Positions 7,425 to 15,308 of a DNA stretch of 15,308 bases are shown here, piece after piece. Position numbers and translations under genes: made by a program. Source of the stretch: Oligoflexales bacterium (GTDB lineage Bacteria; Bdellovibrionota_B; Oligoflexia; Oligoflexales; Bog-1112); the NCBI GenBank assembly GCA_045105515.1, contig JBGCDR010000332.1:1-15308 (forward strand), given 5' to 3'. The notes beneath the pieces were generated by a model that made no database searches, was not told the DNA's origin, and saw only the letters and a list, made by a program, of their open reading frames with translations. Numbering within the stretch: the stretch's first letter is position 1; the number at the start of each line of letters is the position of its first letter.

Positions 7425-10400
7425 TTGAATTATAAAAACTTCAAACTAAATTCAAAGCTTCTATTGAGTAGCTTAGCTCCTATTGCCTTATTCACATCCT
7501 TGATAGCTGTAGGCTATTTAACTATCAGTTCACTTCTAGAAACCAATTCATGGGTAACCCATACCCACAAAGTTATTGCCAAAGCATCGCAGCTAGAAAA
7601 ACTGATTGTAGACCTAGAAACCGGAAAACGAGGATACATAATTACAGGAAAACAGTCTTTCTTAGAACCTTATAACAATGCGATTACGCAGATTGATAAG
7701 AACTTAGATGATCTCGCACTAACAGTAAATGACAACCCTATACAGGTAAAGCAAGCAGGAGAAATCCGCTTGCTAGTCAATAAATGGCTAAAAGAAGCGG
7801 GAAATGTCATGATAGACTTGCGTAAGCAGGTGGGATCTGATGCTACTCGCTTTGAGAATCTTGAGTTGATCGTAAAAGAAAAGTCAGGAAGTCAAATCAT
7901 TGAGCAGATACGTAAGAATGTTGATTCCATAATTCTGCATTTTAGAGAAGATAATGATCTACAAGGTGAATTATTTTCTCAGCAGTTTCTCCAATCTTTG
8001 ATAGGCATGGAAACAAGCCAACGCCGATTCTTAGTGACAGGATCAGAACAATTCCTAGACCCTTTTAAGCAAGAAAAAATAAAGGTTCAGCAAATCTTGA
8101 ATAATCTCAAGAGACATGCCTCAATCATTGAAGAAGGACATTCACACGGCTTAGAAAATTTAATCCAAAGTTTAAATGTCTTAACTAATTCATGGTTAGA
8201 AGAAATAGCCCAAACAGAAATAAAAACTCGTTATGAAGTCAACAAGAACCAAGAAATACTCATTTCAATCAGAAAGAATATTGAGAATGGGTACGGTAAA
8301 AACATCATGGATTCCGCACGTTTTAAATTAAAAGAGTTTAAGGATGAAGAATACCGCTTGCTAGCTATCCGCCAAGATAACGCTTCCCGCACGGCAACTG
8401 AGAGCTTATGGTTTATTGCCCTAGGCTGCTTATTCACTATAACAGCTTCAAGTTTCATATCATTTTCGATTAACCGCAATATTAGCCAATCGATTCGTAA
8501 CATGGTCAGTGCAGTTAAAAAAATTGAAAAAGGCGATTATTTAATAGATCTCAAAACAAATTCGAACGATGAAATTGGTGATCTCTCAAATTCTATCAAT
8601 AATATGACAATCAAACTCAAGGAAAAATCTGGACTGGAATGGGTCAAAACAAATCTGAACGAAATGACCAAACGCCTCCAAGGAATTGACAATCTCACTG
8701 ATTTTGCATCTATACTAATCAATGAACTTTCACCAACCGTCAAAGGACAGCTTGGTGTTATATACCTAGCAAAAAAAAATGAAGATGGTGAAAAAATACT
8801 ATCTTTAACTGCATCCTATGCATACAAAGTCCGTAAAAATATCTCCAATATTTTTGGTATGGGTGAATCTCTCGTAGGCCAATGTGCGTTGGAAAAGAAG
8901 AGTATTACCTTCAATAATATCCCAAGTGACTACATTACCATTCAATCCGGTCTTGGAGAAATATCCCCTAAGTATATTACCCTTGTTCCCGTTATGTTTG
9001 AATCCAATGTCTTAGCAGTTATAGAAATTGGTTCAATCAAAGAATTTGAAAACCTACATCTTAGCTTCCTTGATCAAATAGCTGCATTTGCAGGGATCGC
9101 TATGGACAGAATTATTAGCCGCCGTAAAACTGAAATGCTTCTAAAAGAGACGGAAAGCAAATCTAAAATTTTACAGGACCAACAAGAAGAATTAAAAGTA
9201 GCAAATGAAGAACTCGAAGATCAGACCCGAAAGATAAAAAAATCTGAGAAAAAACTCATCATTCAGGCTGGTGAACTTCAAGCAGCAAATGAGGAACTCG
9301 AAGAAAAAACAGAAAATCTCCAAAGACAAAATAAAGAAATTGAAGCTAAGCGCAAACAAATCACTGATGCGAAGGAGCTGATCGAAGAAAAAGCACAAGC
9401 CTTAGCACGGAGCAGTAAGTACAAATCAGAATTTTTAGCAAATATGTCACATGAGCTAAGAACTCCTCTGAATAGCCTTCTCATATTATCCAAAAACCTT
9501 GCTGAGAACAGGAAAGCGCATTTAGATTCTGAAGAAGTAGAATCAGCACAAATCATCCATGAAGGTGGGCAAAACCTTTTAAGCTTAATTAACGACATCT
9601 TGGATTTAGCGAAAGTAGAAGAAGGGAAGATGACAGTCTATAACGAAGATCTAAACCTTATTGAGTTATCAAAGCGGATAGAAAAACAATTTCTTCCTAT
9701 GGCGAAAGAAAAAAATCTTGAATTGGGCGTATCTATTGATACCGGCACACCTGAATCTATTAATACTGATGGCCAAAAAACCGAACAAATCCTCCGTAAT
9801 ATCATCGGTAATGCATTAAAATTTACCAGCGAAGGATCTGTTAAGATTAGGATCTTTCAGCCTCACTGGGAACAAGAGATTGTTGGAGGCAAAACTATAG
9901 CCTTCGAGGTAAGAGATTCTGGATCAGGAATACCCTCTGAAAAACAAAAAGAGATCTTCGAAGCTTTCAAGCAAGAAGACGGCTCCACTAGTCGTAAATT
10001 TGGTGGAACTGGTTTAGGATTATCAATCTCCCAGAAGATGTCAGTTCTACTCGGAGGGAAGGTCAAACTTCAAAGCTCTAAAGGAGAAGGAAGTACCTTC
10101 ACCCTACTTTTGCCGATGAGTCCTCCCATATCGGAGAATCAAGATTTAGAGCCAGAAAATAAGATTTTACCAATAAACAGTCTCGTTAACTCTAAAATTA
10201 CATTGGATGACGAAGGTCATCATATCCAAAATGTTCAAACCGTTATTAGCAATACAGGCCAAAATAAAGTGATGCTCATTATCGAAGATGACGTTCGCTT
10301 TGCTAAAATTCTTGGAAAGGTGGTTGAGGAACATGGCTTCAGCTGTATATATGCACACAACGGCATCGAAGGCTTAAATATAGCTAAGAAAAAAATCCCC

Positions 10401-11456
10401 CATTCTATTATTTTAGATATGAATCTTCCAGGTATGAATGGATCATCGGTGCTGCAAAATCTGAAGTTCGAAAATAAAACCCGTAATATCCCAGTACAAA
10501 TCATTTCGGCAAGCGACAACGTAGAACAATTTTTTAATAAAGGAGCTTTTGGATTTCTCAAAAAACCAGTCAAAGAATCTGAAATAAAATCAGCTATGCT
10601 TAATCTTGAAAAAGAATTCAATACCAGTTTTAAGAATATTCTCCTCATAGAAAATGATCCAGCTGACCAAAAACTCATTACTAGAACTATACAAAATCAA
10701 ACCGTTAAAATAACTATTGCTGAATCAGGAAAAAAAGCGTTAATCCTTATCAAAAATCGAACTTTTCACACAATTATTTTAGATTTGGCACTACCTGATA
10801 TGAACGGATTAGAATTCTTAGACGTAATGCAAGAAGAGTCAAATAAAGCCACCCTACCACCAATCATCATCCATACAGCAGAAGCATTAAGTGAAGATCA
10901 GATAGAAAAACTCGAGGAATATTCTCAGAGAATCATATTAAAAGGTTCAAATTCAATGGAACGGCTACTAGATGAAACCATGCTTTTTATTCAAAGTATA
11001 AAACCAGTATTGGGTGAAGAACAAAACATAAAAATAAGAAATCAGCATGTACAAGCCAGATTCGATGGGGAAATCGTCCTACTTGTAGATGATGATATGA
11101 AAAATACCTTTGCACTATCAAAAATCCTCAGAGACATGGGCCTAACTGTAGTCCCCGCAGCAAACGGTAAAAAAGCCCTTGAAAAACTTGATTCCCTGGA
11201 AGTTGTGGATTTAATCTTGATGGATATTATGATGCCAGCCATGGACGGATATGAAGCTACAAAGATCATTAGAGAAAAGCCAGGGTATGAGCAGATACCC
11301 ATTATTGCATTGACTGCAAAAGCAATGCCTGAAGACCGAATTAAGTGTATGAATGCGGGAGCTAGTGACTATCTTTCTAAACCAGTTGATATCGATAAAC
11401 TCTTGTCATTGATCGAAGTTTGGATCAATGCTACCGAAACGAGAACCACAGCATGA
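7425..11456 (+). CDS. membrane hybrid sensor histidine kinase: tandem CHASE3, HAMP, GAF, coiled coil, HisKA, HATPase_c, three receiver domains
   Basis: Two TM segments flank CHASE3 motifs (DLETGKRGYIITG...FLEPY; GMETSQRRFLVTG...FLDPF). HAMP NDEIGDL; GAF GESLVGQCA; H-box FLANMSHELRTPLN; NIIGNALKFT, DSGSGI, FGGTGLGL; receivers IILDMNLP, IILDLALP, ILMDIMMP. The TTG start has no clear RBS, so the start is uncertain. Confidence 0.93.
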   Translation: MNYKNFKLNSKLLLSSLAPIALFTSLIAVGYLTISSLLETNSWVTHTHKVIAKASQLEKLIVDLETGKRGYIITGKQSFLEPYNNAITQIDKNLDDLALTVNDNPIQVKQAGEIRLLVNKWLKEAGNVMIDLRKQVGSDATRFENLELIVKEKSGSQIIEQIRKNVDSIILHFREDNDLQGELFSQQFLQSLIGMETSQRRFLVTGSEQFLDPFKQEKIKVQQILNNLKRHASIIEEGHSHGLENLIQSLNVLTNSWLEEIAQTEIKTRYEVNKNQEILISIRKNIENGYGKNIMDSARFKLKEFKDEEYRLLAIRQDNASRTATESLWFIALGCLFTITASSFISFSINRNISQSIRNMVSAVKKIEKGDYLIDLKTNSNDEIGDLSNSINNMTIKLKEKSGLEWVKTNLNEMTKRLQGIDNLTDFASILINELSPTVKGQLGVIYLAKKNEDGEKILSLTASYAYKVRKNISNIFGMGESLVGQCALEKKSITFNNIPSDYITIQSGLGEISPKYITLVPVMFESNVLAVIEIGSIKEFENLHLSFLDQIAAFAGIAMDRIISRRKTEMLLKETESKSKILQDQQEELKVANEELEDQTRKIKKSEKKLIIQAGELQAANEELEEKTENLQRQNKEIEAKRKQITDAKELIEEKAQALARSSKYKSEFLANMSHELRTPLNSLLILSKNLAENRKAHLDSEEVESAQIIHEGGQNLLSLINDILDLAKVEEGKMTVYNEDLNLIELSKRIEKQFLPMAKEKNLELGVSIDTGTPESINTDGQKTEQILRNIIGNALKFTSEGSVKIRIFQPHWEQEIVGGKTIAFEVRDSGSGIPSEKQKEIFEAFKQEDGSTSRKFGGTGLGLSISQKMSVLLGGKVKLQSSKGEGSTFTLLLPMSPPISENQDLEPENKILPINSLVNSKITLDDEGHHIQNVQTVISNTGQNKVMLIIEDDVRFAKILGKVVEEHGFSCIYAHNGIEGLNIAKKKIPHSIILDMNLPGMNGSSVLQNLKFENKTRNIPVQIISASDNVEQFFNKGAFGFLKKPVKESEIKSAMLNLEKEFNTSFKNILLIENDPADQKLITRTIQNQTVKITIAESGKKALILIKNRTFHTIILDLALPDMNGLEFLDVMQEESNKATLPPIIIHTAEALSEDQIEKLEEYSQRIILKGSNSMERLLDETMLFIQSIKPVLGEEQNIKIRNQHVQARFDGEIVLLVDDDMKNTFALSKILRDMGLTVVPAANGKKALEKLDSLEVVDLILMDIMMPAMDGYEATKIIREKPGYEQIPIIALTAKAMPEDRIKCMNAGASDYLSKPVDIDKLLSLIEVWINATETRTTA

Positions 11457-12286
11457 GCGCTATCGAGATAGAAAATCTTGAAATAGAGTTATTTTTGGAA
11501 GGTGTTTTTAAACGCTATGGGTATGACTTTCGTAATTATGCCAGAGCATCCTTACACCGCCGTATTAACATGCTGCTAGATGAGGAAAACCATAAACACA
11601 TTACTAACCTACTTGCAGATATACTATATAATGATCAAGTCTTTAAAAATTTTTTGCAAAAAATGTCAATCACAGTTACTGAAATGTTTCGCGATCATAA
11701 TTTTTTTATAGCTCTACGCAAAAAAATATTGCCTAAACTTTGTAGTTTTCCTCGACTCAAGATTTGGCACGCTGGTTGTGCTACCGGCGAAGAAGTATAT
11801 TCTACCGCAATTGTTCTTTATGAAGCAGGTCTGTTGGAAAGGAGTATCATTTATGCCACTGACTACAACAATATTTCTTTAGAAGCTGCTAAATTAGGAG
11901 TTTATTCATCGGATTTGATTAAAGCATACACCATGAACTATAACAAATCTGAAGGAGAATCCTCGTTCTCTGAGTACTACCTGGCTAAATATGGAAATGC
12001 TATTATGGACTCTAAACTCAAGAAAAATATAGTATTCTCCCATCACAACCTGGTATCAGATGGTGTTTTTGGCAATATGAACCTGGTAATCTGCAGAAAT
12101 GTCTTAATCTATTTTAATAAAGAACTCCAAGACCATGTTCTGAATAAACTTGCAGACAGTCTAGATATAAGTGGATTTCTTTGCCTAGGAGGTAAAGAAA
12201 CAATTGACTATAGTTCCATATCCGAGCAATTTAGGCAAGTCACTGAACAAAAGATCTATCAGAAAAGAAGTGTGAGGATCTATTGA
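11453..12286 (+). CDS. cheR: CheR-type protein-glutamate O-methyltransferase
   Basis: YGYDFRNY, ITVTEMFRD, IWHAGCATGEEVYS, IYATD, CRNVLIYF, GFLCLGGKE. ATG 11453 overlaps the kinase stop (ATGA) and is more likely than 11420. Confidence 0.93.
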   Translation: MSAIEIENLEIELFLEGVFKRYGYDFRNYARASLHRRINMLLDEENHKHITNLLADILYNDQVFKNFLQKMSITVTEMFRDHNFFIALRKKILPKLCSFPRLKIWHAGCATGEEVYSTAIVLYEAGLLERSIIYATDYNNISLEAAKLGVYSSDLIKAYTMNYNKSEGESSFSEYYLAKYGNAIMDSKLKKNIVFSHHNLVSDGVFGNMNLVICRNVLIYFNKELQDHVLNKLADSLDISGFLCLGGKETIDYSSISEQFRQVTEQKIYQKRSVRIY

Positions 12287-12849
12287 AGACTTACGAAGCC
12301 ATTGTCATCGGAGCTTCTGCCGGAGGAACCAAGGCTCTTTCTAGCATTCTTGCAGGGTTGCCGCCAACATTTCCTTTACCGATAATAATTGTCTTACATC
12401 GCTACTATGATGAAGACAGCTTGCTAATTGATCAGTTTCGCAAGACTTCCAAAATGAAGGTACTAGAAACTGCAGATAAAGACAAAATCACAAAAGGATG
12501 CATTTATTTTGCACCTTCTGACTATCATGTACTTATAGAAGAAGATAAGACTTTTGCCCTATCTTATGATCCAACAGTAAATTATGCTAGACCATCAGTT
12601 GATTTACTATTTGACTCCGCTTCTTTTGTTTATGAAGATAATTTAATTGCTATTGTTCTAACTGGTGCAAATATGGACGGAGCCAATGGGCTTGCGAATG
12701 TAAAAAAGCAAGGTGGCCTTAGCATCGTTCAAGACCCTAGGAGCGCGGAAAATAAAGTAATGCCAAACTGCGCCATAGAATTAGTCAAACCTGATCATAT
12801 ATTTAATTTAGATGAGATCAGATCATTTTTAAGTAACTTGAAGTTATAG
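12283..12849 (+). CDS. cheB: stand-alone CheB methylesterase domain (no receiver domain)
   Basis: GASAGG (Ser), IIVLH (His), APSDYH, RPSVDLLF, LTGANMDGANG (Asp), VQDP..A...MP. TTG start overlaps the cheR stop (TTGA). Confidence 0.92.
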   Translation: MKTYEAIVIGASAGGTKALSSILAGLPPTFPLPIIIVLHRYYDEDSLLIDQFRKTSKMKVLETADKDKITKGCIYFAPSDYHVLIEEDKTFALSYDPTVNYARPSVDLLFDSASFVYEDNLIAIVLTGANMDGANGLANVKKQGGLSIVQDPRSAENKVMPNCAIELVKPDHIFNLDEIRSFLSNLKL

Positions 12850-12858
12850 GAAACTAAC

Positions 12859-14406
12859 ATGGAGATCCATCCACCCAAGATCCTTGTTGTAGACGATAAA
12901 CTTCCCAACATCAGGGCAATGCAGGCTATCCTCGACCCACTGAATGCAGAAGTTCTAACAGCAAGATCCGGCAATCAAGGATTAGCACTCATGTTAGAGC
13001 ATGAGTTTGCTGTTGTACTCTTGGACGTGCAAATGCCGGAGATGAGTGGCTTCGAAATGGCTAGGTTAATTAGAGAAGATGAAAAAACTAAAAATACGCC
13101 CCTTATTTTTGTTACTGCTGCCATTGGCAATGATGATATACAACTAGAAGCATATTCTGTAGGTGCCATTGACTTCACTTACAAACCTTTAAATCCTATT
13201 ATAATTGCTAGCAAGGTAGGATTCTTCCTCGAGCTTTACGTACAGAAGAAACAACTTATTTCAGCACTTGAAAAAGCAAAAAAATCAAATGAACTTGAAC
13301 GGCTGAACAAAGAACTTTCCTCGAGTATAGAGAGGTTTCGCACTATTTTTGAAGGTTCTCATGATGGAATCATAATATTTGACATATCTGGAAGGATTTT
13401 TGACCTTAATTCTACAGCAGCTGAACTTTTTAATAGTAGCAAAAAAATGTTACTAAATACTCCTATTACCGAATTACAAGATGATACAAGCAAGTCGATA
13501 ATGCATCAAATTCGTAATGGTTTAAAAACTAAAAATGGATTGAGTTTCGAAACAGATTTTCTAAGCAAAACCAAGAATAAATTTACTGGAGAATTTACAA
13601 TCTCCCACATCGAGATTGAGGAAAAGCAGTTTTTACTAGGGGTAATCCGCGATGTCACCGAACGTTTAAATATGCAACAACAGCTCCTGCAGTCGCAGAA
13701 AATGGAAGCCATGGGACAATTTAGTGGAAGTATAGCCCATGATTTTAATAACAAACTAGCCGCGATAATGCTTTCTGCCGAATCTGCTATTAGCGTGATA
13801 GGAAAAGACCATCAAGCTATTAAAAAGCTAGAGCGAGTAATCTCAGCGGGTAGAAGTGGAAAAAAACTAGTAGATCGGCTTCTTAACTTTAGTCGATTCC
13901 ACGCTGCCTCAAGTGAGAGTTTAGAGCTAAAATCAACCTTGGATAAATGCATTGATATGATGATTCCCTTGCTAACTGACACAGTCAAATTGAAATATGA
14001 GGAAATTAGAGATGATATCTATATCAAAATCGATCCTATCCTTTTTGATCAGATCATTATGAATTTGTTAACGAATGCTAGAGATGCAATGCCTGAAGGT
14101 GGAGAAATTTGTATTAGCAGCACCCTAAACACCTTAACAAAAAATCAACTCGGAGACTTTCCTAAAGAACCTGCAAGTTTTGTTCAAATATCAGTAACAG
14201 ACAATGGTCACGGAATGAATGAAGAAACTATCAAGCACATTTTCAACCCTTTTTATACCACAAAGGGTGTTGGCAAGGGCACAGGTCTTGGATTATCAAC
14301 GGTTAATGGAATAGTTAGAGAGTGTGGTGGTCACATATCGGTGCAAAGTACTGTCGGCGCAGGCACTACTTTTGAGATCTATCTTGAAAGTGACAGCTCC
14401 AGCTAG
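12859..14406 (+). CDS. REC-PAS-HisKA-HATPase hybrid response regulator/histidine kinase
   Basis: AGGA RBS; ILVVDD and VLLDVQMP receiver; PAS (FEGSHDGIIIFD...IRDVTER); QSQKMEAMGQFSGSIAHDFNN H-box; NLLTNARDA, DNGHGM, FNPFYTTK, GTGLGLS. Confidence 0.93.
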   Translation: MEIHPPKILVVDDKLPNIRAMQAILDPLNAEVLTARSGNQGLALMLEHEFAVVLLDVQMPEMSGFEMARLIREDEKTKNTPLIFVTAAIGNDDIQLEAYSVGAIDFTYKPLNPIIIASKVGFFLELYVQKKQLISALEKAKKSNELERLNKELSSSIERFRTIFEGSHDGIIIFDISGRIFDLNSTAAELFNSSKKMLLNTPITELQDDTSKSIMHQIRNGLKTKNGLSFETDFLSKTKNKFTGEFTISHIEIEEKQFLLGVIRDVTERLNMQQQLLQSQKMEAMGQFSGSIAHDFNNKLAAIMLSAESAISVIGKDHQAIKKLERVISAGRSGKKLVDRLLNFSRFHAASSESLELKSTLDKCIDMMIPLLTDTVKLKYEEIRDDIYIKIDPILFDQIIMNLLTNARDAMPEGGEICISSTLNTLTKNQLGDFPKEPASFVQISVTDNGHGMNEETIKHIFNPFYTTKGVGKGTGLGLSTVNGIVRECGGHISVQSTVGAGTTFEIYLESDSSS

Positions 14407-14519
14407 AAAGTGAGCAATACTGAATATCTGTTTGAGCGAGTATAGCCCCTATTCATAGCAAAGGTTTTGAAAACTCCCATTGAGTGGTAAAATGAGCAGA
14501 GAACCATTGAGGGGAGAGG

Positions 14520-15179
14520 ATGAAACCAATTCTAGAAAAGCCCTGCCTTTTTGATTATAGTGACTATGTGGGCTACCTTAAGGATTTTTTTTCTTATAAA
14601 AAACATGTTAAGCCAAACTATAGTTATAGGCAGTTTTCCAAAGATGGAAATATCACTTCTCCTTCATATCTAAAAGAAATTATCGACAAAAAGCGAAAAC
14701 TGACTATGCGCTCGGTTGATAAAGTCATAGAAAGCTTACGACTTTCTCCGCAAGAAAAAAAGTACTTCAGAATATTGGTTAATTACAACAACAGCGATAA
14801 CGCAGAAAAAGAACAATGGCACAATCTTCTGCAGCAAAACAACAGGATTTCAAACTCATTTGTGATCGGAAGTGATAACGATTACACCTACTTATCCCAC
14901 TGGATTTATGGTTTTATCTTTTGCTACGTCGGTCAAAGCAGTACCGAAATCAGCATAGATCAACTAGAAAAAATGCTTATATTTCCAATAGACAAAATAG
15001 AAATAAAAGACGCTTTAGAATTACTAGTAAATAAAAATCTTATTGAAAAAACCGGTTCTTCATCCTACAAGCGTGTCAGAGATTTTATTAGCACCCAGGA
15101 TGAAAATAAAAAACTAGCAATCAAGATGTTTCATAAAACTGCACTTAAATTAGCAGACCTAGCAATCGATCAGGGTTGA
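14520..15179 (+). CDS. TIGR02147/DUF4423-family putative DNA-binding protein, apparently C-terminally truncated
   Basis: RBS GGAGAGG. FDYSDY..YLKDFF..KK...P.YSYRQFS...ITSPSYLKEII..KRKL, LS..EKKYF..LV, YLSHW, AIKMFHK..L.LA..AI are recognisable family motifs. Confidence 0.8.
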   Translation: MKPILEKPCLFDYSDYVGYLKDFFSYKKHVKPNYSYRQFSKDGNITSPSYLKEIIDKKRKLTMRSVDKVIESLRLSPQEKKYFRILVNYNNSDNAEKEQWHNLLQQNNRISNSFVIGSDNDYTYLSHWIYGFIFCYVGQSSTEISIDQLEKMLIFPIDKIEIKDALELLVNKNLIEKTGSSSYKRVRDFISTQDENKKLAIKMFHKTALKLADLAIDQG

Positions 15180-15308
15180 TTCAAGTAAGCTTTTAACCAA
15201 ATTTTGAAGTACGTTAAAATGGGTTCAGCATATTTTTTTAACAAAATTTTTGTTGTCAAAAATATTTGAGATGTATTTTTTTGACTATTCAAGCATAATC
15301 TAACAATG

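Noticed and set aside
7410..7436. Antisense TTTA-N15-TCCGATAC sigma28-like site overlapping the kinase start
   Set aside because: Weaker -35 and no ORF close downstream; cannot be distinguished from chance.
11420..11452. Longer cheR start given in the ORF track
   Set aside because: ATG 11453 gives a typical ATGA translational coupling and a family-like N-terminus.
1434..13754. Short antisense or nested ORFs inside the large genes (e.g. 1434-1667, 5629-5862, 5840-6022, 9278-9598, 10235-10678, 13506-13754)
   Set aside because: Shadow frames of well-supported genes or repeats, with no motifs.
15240..15285. AT-rich inverted repeats (AACAAAA-T-TTTTGTT; GTCAAAAA...TTTTTGAC)
   Set aside because: Low complexity and at the window edge; cannot be assigned as terminator, operator or IS end.

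Overview
AT-rich bacterial window dominated by signal-transduction genes. The gene content (TIGR02147-like protein, CheA-like kinase without a CheW domain, acidic lipoproteins) suggests Bdellovibrionota/Oligoflexia; this is inference. Left to right: (1) a soluble kinase fusing an N-terminal DUF427 domain to two PAS-like domains, an internal Hpt and a CheA-type ATPase; (2) two divergently transcribed acidic lipoproteins, the second with Ca-binding DxDxDG repeats and a choice-of-anchor-X-like motif; (3) a small cluster of REP-like palindromes; (4) an isochorismatase-family gene split by an apparent extra TG in a (TG)4 tract; (5) a 55-aa ORF missing from the ORF track; (6) a four-gene operon with no chemoreceptor in the window: tandem-CHASE3/HAMP/GAF/HisKA/HATPase/3xREC hybrid kinase, CheR, stand-alone CheB and a REC-PAS kinase; (7) an apparently C-terminally short TIGR02147-family gene. 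Four sigma28 (FliA)-type promoter matches, all with 15-nt spacing, precede the DUF427 kinase, both lipoproteins and the small ORF. No rRNA, tRNA, CRISPR array or transposase was recognised.
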